The notes below the pieces were generated by a model. That model was not told the DNA's origin. It did not search any database and saw only the letters and a program-made list of their open reading frames with translations. From Ostreococcus lucimarinus (Eukaryota): a DNA stretch of 64,000 nucleotides. Below are positions 49,623 through 58,629 of the stretch, piece by piece; position 1 is the stretch's first letter; each line of letters begins with the position of its first letter. The DNA is taken from assembly GCA_000092065.1 (NCBI GenBank), contig CP000587.1, one strand, 5' to 3'. The position numbers and the translations under genes are program-made.

Positions 49623-51725
49623 ATGTTGCATTCACAGCGCGCGTTTCCGGTGGCGCTTCGTCGCCGACGCGTCCCGCACACGATGCCTCGCGCCTCGCGG
49701 CGCGCCGCGTCCTCCTCCGACGCTTCGTCGGAGGAGGACGTCGCGTCCGCGGCGGCCGAGCGTGTTCGTGACGAACACGCTCCATCGCTCAAGTACGTTC
49801 CCGGTTCGAGTGGTAAAGCGCAGCGCGCGCGCGCGAAATTGCTTCGTAACGCGTCGAGACGCAAGCGAGAGCAGCGCGCTGAGCGACGCTCACCGTCGGC
49901 GTCGCCGTCGGAATCGTCGCCGACGCCGCGCGACGCTCGCACCGCGACGAATGTCGTCGAACTGCGCGCGCTGCTCGAGCGAATCAGCCTGACGGAGCTC
50001 GAGCGCGAGACGTTCGTCGCGCGCCGCGGCGAGGACGGCGACGTCAAAGTCTGCGAAGCGAGCGCGTTCGTCGAGTCAGTGCGACGGAATGAGGCGCGAC
50101 TGCGGGACGTCGAGCGAGTGGAGATGCTCGGAAACGACGACGATGATGATGGTTATGTAATTTGGCCCAGGAATGATGGGACGGCGCGACAGATGCGGTA
50201 CGAAGACGCGACGGCGGCTCGATGCGCGTTGGACCACGCGCCGAGCGAAGTCTGGGAGCGGATTTTCGGCTTTCTTAATCTGCGAGATGCGGTGCGATTG
50301 GCGGCCACGTGTAAATCGACGTGGATATTGTCCCAGCGAGAATTCATGCGGGACAAGCGGTATGAGTCGATGTTTGGTCGCGCGCGGGCGTCGGCGGAGG
50401 AGGGTGCCGACGGCGACCGCGCGATGGTGGTTTCATTTCTCTCCAGCGAGCGGTGGCTCGGGGAATCCCACGTGGGCGAGACGAAGTTTCCGAAACCCGT
50501 CCATTTTGGCGTCGGTCCGAGTTTTGTGCGCGGATTGATCGCGGACGAAACGACGGTGACGTCGTTCGATCGGGAAAAGGTGAAGATTTGGTACCACGGC
50601 GCTCGCGGCGACGACGACGCGGGCGGGCGTTTGGCGTCGTTATTCGTCGAGAAGAAGAGTTCGGCAACGCGCGGACTTACCGCATTAGCTATCAATCAGT
50701 CGAGCATCGTCGCGGGGGACGACGGCGGTCGATTACGGATATGGCAGAGCGACACATTGGAGTACGTGCAGCGCAGAGCGCACGCCATTGCAAACGATTA
50801 CGCCGTAACGGCGCTTTGCGGCATTCCTGCGACGTCGCTCGTAGTTTGTGCTAGCGCGAAGAGTACAAATTTAGAAATTTGGGACACCGAAGAAGTCGCG
50901 AGCGTGACTTCAATCGCGCTTGGGGACCTGGTGCACGATGGCGATGGCGGTAACGCGCATCACGGAGCCACATGCATGAGCATGTTCGGCGGAAACTCCT
51001 ATTCAAACCGCTCGTACATCGGCGGCGCCACGTCTCGTCTCTGGGCTGGAACGACTTTTCAAAAAGTCGTGGGCGTTGACTTGAATCGCGCGACTTTTGT
51101 CGATACGCTCAATCTTCCCGAGTCGTATGCAAGCGAGGCAGAGATCCGAGCCATCGCGGTGAATGGTCCGTTGATAGCCGCCGTCGTGGCGGATGGCGCC
51201 GTGATGTGGGATCGCAGAGCCATGCCACACGAACAAGTTGTCGCGACGTTTGCGTCGCCGTTTTCGCACATTGCGGGCGCGTCGGAGCAATCAAGTTGCA
51301 TCGATTTGGAAGATTTCGCGCTTTGGATGTCGAATCCAGGAGACCCAGGGGTGAGCATGTTTGACATTCGAAAAACGTTCGGGCCGCCGCGCAAGCAAGA
51401 ACGATGGGTATCGTCGCTGACGACGAACGCAGTCACAAATATCTTGCGTCCTCGCGCACGCACGCGTGGATTTAGTGAAGAGGTCAACGTCGGATGTTTT
51501 GCGCGCGTTGCCGGCGCTCCTGGTGCAGTGATCGTTGCACCCGACTCTGACTCCAGCGAGGCGCGATGTTCGATATTTTTGCACAAAAACGAGATGCCCT
51601 CGATGGTTGACATCGAGACCATGGCGAACGAGTTCGACGATCAGTGGCGTTCGAGACGAGCTCGCAAGCAAGGCAAGCCGCCTCAACCGAAATCGCGCGG
51701 TCGATATCCGAAGAGGAGCAGTTAA
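49623..51725 (+). CDS. F-box protein with a WD40-like beta-propeller region
   Basis: ATG at 49623, with an alternative at 49683. The F-box is HAPSEVWERIFGFLNLRDAVRLAATCKSTWIL. The C-terminal 400 aa have repeated blade-like segments (ITALAINQSSIVAGDDGGRLRIWQ). Confidence 0.6.
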   Translation: MLHSQRAFPVALRRRRVPHTMPRASRRAASSSDASSEEDVASAAAERVRDEHAPSLKYVPGSSGKAQRARAKLLRNASRRKREQRAERRSPSASPSESSPTPRDARTATNVVELRALLERISLTELERETFVARRGEDGDVKVCEASAFVESVRRNEARLRDVERVEMLGNDDDDDGYVIWPRNDGTARQMRYEDATAARCALDHAPSEVWERIFGFLNLRDAVRLAATCKSTWILSQREFMRDKRYESMFGRARASAEEGADGDRAMVVSFLSSERWLGESHVGETKFPKPVHFGVGPSFVRGLIADETTVTSFDREKVKIWYHGARGDDDAGGRLASLFVEKKSSATRGLTALAINQSSIVAGDDGGRLRIWQSDTLEYVQRRAHAIANDYAVTALCGIPATSLVVCASAKSTNLEIWDTEEVASVTSIALGDLVHDGDGGNAHHGATCMSMFGGNSYSNRSYIGGATSRLWAGTTFQKVVGVDLNRATFVDTLNLPESYASEAEIRAIAVNGPLIAAVVADGAVMWDRRAMPHEQVVATFASPFSHIAGASEQSSCIDLEDFALWMSNPGDPGVSMFDIRKTFGPPRKQERWVSSLTTNAVTNILRPRARTRGFSEEVNVGCFARVAGAPGAVIVAPDSDSSEARCSIFLHKNEMPSMVDIETMANEFDDQWRSRRARKQGKPPQPKSRGRYPKRSS

Positions 51726-51762
51726 ATTATAGCGTAGCGCAGCTGTTGCAAATCTCTAGAAA

Positions 51763-52626
51763 TTAGAAAACCGGCGCCTCGGTTTCGATCACGAGTGGTT
51801 TACCGTCCAAGTCGATCTGTCTCGTGCGTTCACCCTTTCCTTCCTTCACTCGATTTTCCTTGATCAATTTATCCCCCTTTTTCGCCACGTACATGTACGT
51901 CAAATTTCCCGATCCCACCTCGAGGACGATTTGATATCGATCCGCGCCGACGCGTTGCATCGCGATCGGCCTCTCGATCGCCGAGTCATCCCCTACTACG
52001 GCTAACCCGACGCCATCCGGCAGCGCGCACTGCGTCGCCAGCGTTATCTTCACCGGCGGTCCCTTCGCTTTCGGCGCCCGCGCCGTCGCTTTCGACTCAA
52101 CCGCCGCCGTCGGTTTCGTCGCCGGTTTCGCCATCGCGCGCGTCGGCATCACCACCTCCCGTTTCTTATTGCTCGCCACCGGAATGTCCATCACATTCGT
52201 CCTTCGTCGCATCTCCGATCGCGCCTCTCGCTTCGCCGCCACTGCGTCCGCGCGCAGCATCCCGTCCCGTCTTCCGTCGAGCGCGCTCGCCGCGCGCGTC
52301 TTCGCTCCCAGCGCCGCCGCGCGCCGACGCTCTGCGATGTTCTGCGCCCGCACGTCCAGCGCAATCTTATACAACGCCAGTGGCAGACCCAGGACTAAGC
52401 CACACTTGAACGCGAACACCTGCGCGGGCGTGAACTGCGCGGGAGGCGCGAGCGCGCGCGTGGACGTCGCCGCGATTTGAAAACAATCGTTTTCCTGTCG
52501 CGGACGCGGTTTGAGGTCGGCGCGCGGCGCGGAAGGCGTTCGCGGGGCGCATCGCGTCGACAGCGCGCGGCGAGACGCTTGTGGCGTCGTCCGCGGACGC
52601 GCGGGCGCGGACACGCGGGCGAACAT
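51763..52626 (-). CDS. Hypothetical protein with a C-terminal carbohydrate-binding-module-like (CBM20-like) region
   Basis: ORF 287 aa with ATG at 52626. The C-terminus VKITLATQCALPDGVGLAVVGDDSAIERPIAMQRVGADRYQIVLEVGSGNLTYMYVAKKGDKLIKENRVKEG loosely fits the starch-binding-domain pattern. The assignment is weak. Confidence 0.35.
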   Translation of the reverse strand: MFARVSAPARPRTTPQASRRALSTRCAPRTPSAPRADLKPRPRQENDCFQIAATSTRALAPPAQFTPAQVFAFKCGLVLGLPLALYKIALDVRAQNIAERRRAAALGAKTRAASALDGRRDGMLRADAVAAKREARSEMRRRTNVMDIPVASNKKREVVMPTRAMAKPATKPTAAVESKATARAPKAKGPPVKITLATQCALPDGVGLAVVGDDSAIERPIAMQRVGADRYQIVLEVGSGNLTYMYVAKKGDKLIKENRVKEGKGERTRQIDLDGKPLVIETEAPVF

Positions 52627-52729
52627 GACGCAGAGTGACGCCGAGGCTGGACGACGCCGCGGCTTCGGGACGACGGATGAGACGCGAGCGGTCGGCTCGG
52701 ATTTTCTACAACAAGTGCGCTCGTGTCGC

Positions 52730-53722
52730 TCATAACGTCATGATTTCCTTCTCCTTCGCCGCACATCGCTGCGTGATCTTTCCCACGATGTCGTCGGTGA
52801 GCGCTTGTAAATTCTTCTCCGCGCGCTTTCGATCGTCCTCCGACATTTCGGCGCGCTTGATTCGCTTTTGCGCCTTGTGCCGGATGTTGCGCGCGGCAAT
52901 CTTGGCCGTCTCGCCGAGCTTGCTCGCGAGCTTGCACACCTCTTTCCTCGTATCCTGTGTCATCGCTGGAATGGGCACGATCAAACCATCACTGGACTCT
53001 TTGGGAACGAAACCGAGCGGCGAGTTCACGATGGCTTTCTCCACGCTCGGCTTGGTGCTCGGATCGAACAGCGTGACGGAGAGCGTCTGCGCATTTGGCG
53101 CCGTGATCGTGCCCAAGTGCGAGAGTGGCGTCGGTTCACCGTATACATCGACAATAATGTGATCAATCATCCCCGCCGACGCGCGCGCCGTGCGCAACTG
53201 CGACAAATCGACATCCAACGCGTGCAACGCCGCGTCAAATTTACTATTCGCGACGTCCGCGTCAGTCGTGCATTCGCGCGCGCATCACCGCGCGCATCGA
53301 GTGCGCGCCCTCGCATCGACGTACCTCTGCCACTCTTTCGCGTCGTACTCCACGACGTCGCCTTCCTCGCCACCGTCGCCGTCACCGTCCTCGTCGCCGT
53401 CGCCGTCTTCGTCGCTCGCCGCCGCCGCTCTTTGTTTCTGCTTCTTCTTCTTGCTATACGACCTCGCGGCGACGTCCCGCGCTGCCGCCGGCGTCGACGC
53501 GCGCATCGAGAGCAGACACCAGCGCATCGCCGTCCCGCCTCGCGCGTCGTCGAACGACGCCGTCGTCGCGACGTCACCGCGCGCGCGCATCGTCGAAAGT
53601 TGTCGTCGCGGTGCGGCGTCGCCACGCGCGACGGCGTCGCCGAGCGCGGACGATGCGCGAGCGCCGTCGAGGATTGCGCGCGCGGCGCGCGCGCGCGCGG
53701 CGAATCGGCGTAGGCCTGACAT
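52730..53722 (-). CDS. Ribosome recycling factor (organellar type), with an intron at 53244..53324 and a long N-terminal extension
   Basis: The downstream exon (53243..52730) encodes S-KFDAALHALDVDLSQLRTARASAGMIDHIIVDVYGEPTPLSHLGTITAPNAQTLSVTLFDPS...SEDDRKRAEKNLQALTDDI...KEKEIMTL, which is classic RRF. The supplied ORF's M at 53227 is actually TTG. The minus-strand donor GTACGT is at 53324..53319, ACTGAC at 53266..53261 and the acceptor TAG at 53246..53244. The intron contains the in-frame TGA. The upstream exon runs to ATG at 53722 (a transit-peptide-like segment plus an acidic stretch). Its extent is uncertain. Confidence 0.65.
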
Positions 53723-53826
53723 GGCGCGCGGGTGTGTGCGGCGAGTGGCGGCGACGAATATCGCTACGTTACAACGCGAATGGATCGTTTCGTTCCGTGC
53801 GCGACTGGTCTGAATCAGACGGGGAA

Positions 53827-56800
53827 TCAAAGTCGGAAAAGCTTTCGTTTGGGTTGCGTGTGCTCGCCAACCACCCGCGGGCGCGCCGAGGCGTCGGTCA
53901 AGGGTGACGAGAAATTCGGCGCGGGCGCGAGCGAGAAATGCTTCGAAGGCGAGTACGGTTCGCGAACGTACTTGATGCCCGAAGATGGTGGCGGTGCGTT
54001 CATGGCGGCGTCGTAGCCGTTGGAGGACATGAATTTACGATCGTACATGTAATCAGCGTGCACGCCCACCGGGGCGGCGTTTTGATTGGTGGACTCTCGC
54101 GGCGGCGGCGCGAAATGCGGCGGCGGCGCGTACATCCTGTCGTACATCATCCGCTGCATCATCTCACGCATCGTCGCGAGTTCAGATTCGAGCGCTCCAA
54201 TTTTTGTCACCATGTACTCATGTTCTTTCACTGGAACGGTCACGAGGTCGCCGGATATAGCCACGGGCTGCTCCACGCGCATCTTTGACTGCGGCGTATC
54301 GTCGCTCGGCGATCGCGCGACGGCGTACGGCTTTCCACCACCGAGGCTTTCGCTCTGCGGGGACTCAATTATCGGTGGCTTAGCGTATCGGGCGACAGGT
54401 GGTTTTGTGTGCGACTTTCGCTCGGCTTCCTCAGGGCTGGAAACCGGCTTGATCGCCACGGATGGGAGGTTCATTGACTCAGCCTTGACGGGAGACTTAG
54501 CCAGCGGTCCGACAAACTCGCCTCGACTCCATCTTCTGCATTCATCCTCAAAATGTTCTTCCACGTGATCGCGAATGAGAGAAAATCGCGGGAAAACTTT
54601 GTCATCCAGTTTGAACTTATACTGACGATGACCCGTGTACTCGACGAACTCAGCCAAGAAGCCGTTGATGTCTCCCAGTTCCAACTTTTTCACAGACGCC
54701 TGCACCTTAACTTGCGCTGGTGGCGGTTTCGACTTTTCGCGCGGTGGCTCGCGTGGCACAATGACAGTTTCTGTCGTTGCCTCGACTATATCGTCGTGTT
54801 TGACGATGGCAACCTCTTCTTCCTCTTCAAAGACTTCGTTTGATTCCTTGGAATTCGTCAACGACGCCAATTTCTGCAACGCTTCTTGCACGCTATCTTT
54901 GCGCTGTTTTTTCGCACTATCACGAAGCGCGTCAAAACTAATTTTCAAGAGCGGGTCGACATCTGCTGATTTTGTTGGAGTCGTCTCCGCAGACTTCGCA
55001 GCGATTTCTTCATACTGCGCGACTTTGACCTTCACTACACCGCTCTGTTTGACTTTGTTGAGCTCGGCCGTGATGAGTTTGATCGCTTCGAGCACCACTT
55101 GCGTGCCTGGATGATCGAGTCCGAACTTTTGCACTCTGATATCTTTCGCGCGAGTGTAACACGGTAGTGCCTCACCCCACTCTTTCATTTCCATCAACAA
55201 CTCACCCAACTCGACACATCGCGTAGCAATGTTGGTGTGCGCCGCGTCGAACTCGCCCTCAGCGATTTTCAGCGCCTGCTCGAAACACGCCTTCGCCTTA
55301 AGTGTTCTACCTTGTGATCTATAACATCTCCCGAGATTGATCAAGTAAGTTTCAAGCTCTGAACTAGCGTGGAAATCATGTTCGGCGATTTCGACAGCAC
55401 GGCTGTACAGAGGTTCGGCTCTTTGGGCTTGGTCCATACTCTTGTATTTTTCAGCCAAGGAATTTAGACTCGCAGCGAGTCCTGGGTGCACAGTTTCATT
55501 CGTTTCTTTGAGAATGGCTTCCGCCTCTTTGTATTGACGGAGCGCTTCGAGATTTTCACCACGCGCTCTTAGAACACTCGCGAGATATATTTGATGCACA
55601 GCGAGGTTGGGGTGATTTCGCCCGAAAAGTTGCGTATCCACGTCGAGTGCTTTCGTGTATAAAGCCTTCGCTTGATCGAAGTTACGTAACTCTAAGTGCA
55701 TAGACGCTAAATCACTCAATCTTTCAGCTGTTCCATGATGCAAATCTCCAAATCTTGACTTGGTGATGTTGAGCGCCTTGATGAACGTTTGCTTTGCCTC
55801 TTCGGGCTTTTTCAGTTTACGCAGAACACGCGCGTGCTCGGTGAACACGCTGGCGAGAAGTTCCAAAAGCAATGGTTGACCGTTTGAATCGGTGACACAC
55901 TCCATCTCCTTCGTCACGTCTTCGTAAACCTCTCGAGCGCTGACTAAATCATTTTTCATAACGTACACTTTCGCGAGGGATCTCAAATTCTCAAGCAGTC
56001 CTAGAGAACGATCCGGGTACGCGTCGACGCAATGTTTGAGTGCTTGCTCCATGCAGAATTCACTTTTATCCCATTCTCCATGCCTAGCGTAGACCGCACT
56101 CAATCGAAGCATCTCGCGATATATAGCGTCGTGATCAGCACCGAGCTTGTTTTCCAACTCGTCCATCAGTTGTTCGTGTATTTCGATTTCCTTCAAGCCT
56201 TTACCCTTCAACCCATACAACGTCGCTACATTCATTGTTACGCAAGCGGCGTGATTGAATACTTCCTTCACGCTCTTGTCTTTCATGCAGACTCGCCACG
56301 CCGCTAAGGACGCCTCTGCACTCTCTAGAGCGTCGTTAATGAATTCCTCGACTTCACCCTTCGTCCCTCGCAGGTTATGATTATCGAGGGTAATTTCTTC
56401 ATCCTTTGTGCGCACCAAGCACAGACTCTCTTCGTTCATGATCATCGCACCTAAAGGTGTATTTCCATTGAAGTTTGCTGACTCGAACTTCCGAGCGAGC
56501 TTTGCCACACTCGCCGCTTTTTCCCAATCCGCCGTCTGACGCAAAGCATTTGCGTACTTCATGTTGAGCGACGCTGCATGTTGCAGCTGAAACGTTGCTC
56601 GACTACACGCGAGATCGCACACCGCGATGACGCTCGTGTAATCTGAAATCCACTTCATGAAGTCGGCGATAGATTCAGCACACGAGTCCCGCGTGCGATC
56701 GTTCATTCTTCCGAGGCGAGTGAGAATCGACTCCATGGGGGTGCGCTGGACAACGTCCGATACTTGCGTCGCCGTCGCAATTTTCCAACTCAATACCAGC

Positions 56801-58515
56801 TCGTTGATATATCGCTGTTTCCACAAGAAATGAATCACCTGTGGATCTGTGATGTAGCCCATGAACTGATCCCTAGCGACCAACCACTCACCGTTTCTCA
56901 CAAAATGCAGTAACTCGAGGACGTGGTGCACGTTGAAATCACCACTCGTGTCGGAAAACTTGCGCAGGAAGTACGTCATGGCGTCGCGTTGAATGTTATT
57001 CTTTGCTTCATCCTTCACCAAGTACCTGCTGCGTACATAGTCGATGACTACCGATGATCGTAGGACGAGCGCATCTTGCGGCATCTCAGGCGCTCGCGCG
57101 CCGTCTTCTTCATAGCACCAGCAAAGATGCGCGACGTCATCCGTGAGCGCCAAGAACGACGAAGACGTCCTACCGACCTCGATAATATCGGCGATTTCAT
57201 TCGCTGAAAGGCCAGCGCGTGAAGAAGCCATGAGCGTGAACAATTGACGCACCACATTATGGCCGTGGTTGTACTCTAATCCTTCGAATATATACCTTAA
57301 CAACTGCTCGATCGTCTCAGGTATTTGTCTCAACTCGTGCGCGACGTCCAGAGGTGCGTCGACTCTGCGCTGACTCAATTTTACCCGTCGACGCATTTCA
57401 TGCGCGACAAGATAGATATAAGTCGGCGAACTCGCGTCCTTGTAGCTATATATTGGCTCAAACAGATCACTCGTGATTTCTCGCTCGTCGTTTCGGCTGA
57501 AAAGGCCGCGAGCGAGCTGCGTGCGTTCCTTGATGCCGAGCGGTGGCAACCGCTTCCTCGCAACGGCTGCCGCGTTTTCACCGCCGCTCGCTAAATAATT
57601 CACCGCATCTCCTTTCGTTCGCGCGCCAATGATCACACGAACGTCTGACATCATAGAAGACGGCAACCAGTCGGACATTTTCACCGAGCCGAGCTCCGCC
57701 GCCGCGTCTAAATCGTCTACGACAAGCACCACCACGCTCGATGTTGTCAGCGCCAATTCCTCCATCAATCGAACGAACACTCGTCCCGTCTCTTCCGCGG
57801 TCACCGGCATGTTTGTAAATCTCGCTTGTCCGAGCATCTTTCGCACGCGTTCGCACATCGTCCACAGCACATGCCTCAAATCGCACTCCCCCGGCGTCGG
57901 TCCTCGACAGCACACGTGCAACGCCAGCGGTTTCTTCCCCATCACCCTCTCACCCGTCACCTCCTCCTCCTCTATCATTCTCGCCGTGCGTTCGCGCAAA
58001 TCTTTAACGAACTCGCTCAGCACCGAGCTCACGCCGCTCCCTCGTTCGCCCTCGAGCACGAACACGTTCGGCGCGTCGTCTCGCAGCGCGTGCGCGCGCA
58101 GCTTTTCCAGCGTCTCTGCCCGTCCGACAAACTTCCCTCGCGCATCTCTTCGCGATATCGCAGCGCTCGCGCGTTCAATTATCACTGATCGCGCCTCTGC
58201 GTCTTCGGTTCCGTCGATCGCGACGCGTCGCGTCGTCGGCAGGCGCAATTCTCGTCGCTCGAGGTCGGTGAGCGAACCGACCGCGGGCGCGCTCGAGGGC
58301 GGCGAATTGGCGGGCGCGGACGCCGCGCGCCGCGCGCGGTCGGGTTTGAGGATGGATTTGGGCGCGCTCGACGCGCCGGGAGCGGCGCGCGCGCTCGAGG
58401 GCGGCGACGGGGGCATCGCGCGCGTCGCGATGTGCGGCAGTGGTCGTTGGCTCGGGCGCTCGCGCGGCGCCGCGGCGTCTGTCGCGCGCCGATTCCGATC
58501 GAAAGCGCGACGCAT
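53827..58515 (-). CDS. STAND-class P-loop NTPase (NACHT/NB-ARC-like) with kinesin-light-chain-type TPR repeats and an uncharacterised C-terminal region (NPHP3-like architecture)
   Basis: The ORF's first codon at 58560 is TTG, and the first ATG is at 58515. The NTPase core is VFVLEGERGSGVSSVL (Walker A lacking the lysine), VVVLVVDDLD (Walker B), VRVIIGART and LPPLGIKERTQLARGLF (GLPL-like). About 10 TPR_12-type repeats occupy aa 800-1150. They are followed by roughly 400 aa with a conserved-looking module (FLAEFVEYTGHRQYKFKLDDKVFPRFSLIRDHVEEHFEDE) and proline-rich tails. Confidence 0.7.
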   Translation of the reverse strand: MRRAFDRNRRATDAAAPRERPSQRPLPHIATRAMPPSPPSSARAAPGASSAPKSILKPDRARRAASAPANSPPSSAPAVGSLTDLERRELRLPTTRRVAIDGTEDAEARSVIIERASAAISRRDARGKFVGRAETLEKLRAHALRDDAPNVFVLEGERGSGVSSVLSEFVKDLRERTARMIEEEEVTGERVMGKKPLALHVCCRGPTPGECDLRHVLWTMCERVRKMLGQARFTNMPVTAEETGRVFVRLMEELALTTSSVVVLVVDDLDAAAELGSVKMSDWLPSSMMSDVRVIIGARTKGDAVNYLASGGENAAAVARKRLPPLGIKERTQLARGLFSRNDEREITSDLFEPIYSYKDASSPTYIYLVAHEMRRRVKLSQRRVDAPLDVAHELRQIPETIEQLLRYIFEGLEYNHGHNVVRQLFTLMASSRAGLSANEIADIIEVGRTSSSFLALTDDVAHLCWCYEEDGARAPEMPQDALVLRSSVVIDYVRSRYLVKDEAKNNIQRDAMTYFLRKFSDTSGDFNVHHVLELLHFVRNGEWLVARDQFMGYITDPQVIHFLWKQRYINELVLSWKIATATQVSDVVQRTPMESILTRLGRMNDRTRDSCAESIADFMKWISDYTSVIAVCDLACSRATFQLQHAASLNMKYANALRQTADWEKAASVAKLARKFESANFNGNTPLGAMIMNEESLCLVRTKDEEITLDNHNLRGTKGEVEEFINDALESAEASLAAWRVCMKDKSVKEVFNHAACVTMNVATLYGLKGKGLKEIEIHEQLMDELENKLGADHDAIYREMLRLSAVYARHGEWDKSEFCMEQALKHCVDAYPDRSLGLLENLRSLAKVYVMKNDLVSAREVYEDVTKEMECVTDSNGQPLLLELLASVFTEHARVLRKLKKPEEAKQTFIKALNITKSRFGDLHHGTAERLSDLASMHLELRNFDQAKALYTKALDVDTQLFGRNHPNLAVHQIYLASVLRARGENLEALRQYKEAEAILKETNETVHPGLAASLNSLAEKYKSMDQAQRAEPLYSRAVEIAEHDFHASSELETYLINLGRCYRSQGRTLKAKACFEQALKIAEGEFDAAHTNIATRCVELGELLMEMKEWGEALPCYTRAKDIRVQKFGLDHPGTQVVLEAIKLITAELNKVKQSGVVKVKVAQYEEIAAKSAETTPTKSADVDPLLKISFDALRDSAKKQRKDSVQEALQKLASLTNSKESNEVFEEEEEVAIVKHDDIVEATTETVIVPREPPREKSKPPPAQVKVQASVKKLELGDINGFLAEFVEYTGHRQYKFKLDDKVFPRFSLIRDHVEEHFEDECRRWSRGEFVGPLAKSPVKAESMNLPSVAIKPVSSPEEAERKSHTKPPVARYAKPPIIESPQSESLGGGKPYAVARSPSDDTPQSKMRVEQPVAISGDLVTVPVKEHEYMVTKIGALESELATMREMMQRMMYDRMYAPPPHFAPPPRESTNQNAAPVGVHADYMYDRKFMSSNGYDAAMNAPPPSSGIKYVREPYSPSKHFSLAPAPNFSSPLTDASARPRVVGEHTQPKRKLFRL

Positions 58516-58629
58516 GCGGGGCGAAAGAGTGCGTAAATAATGCGAGATGTTGATTAACAACGTTCGAGGGATGAGAGCGTACCTAACGGGCTACGGCGTC
58601 GATGGCCGAAAATGCGCGCGCGAGCGGTG

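Noticed and set aside
53167-53813. Plus-strand ORFs overlapping the RRF upstream exon, with a poly-Ser/Pro stretch SPSPSSSPSPSSS
   Set aside because: It is antisense to the D/E/G-rich coding tract of the RRF N-terminal extension. There is no independent support.
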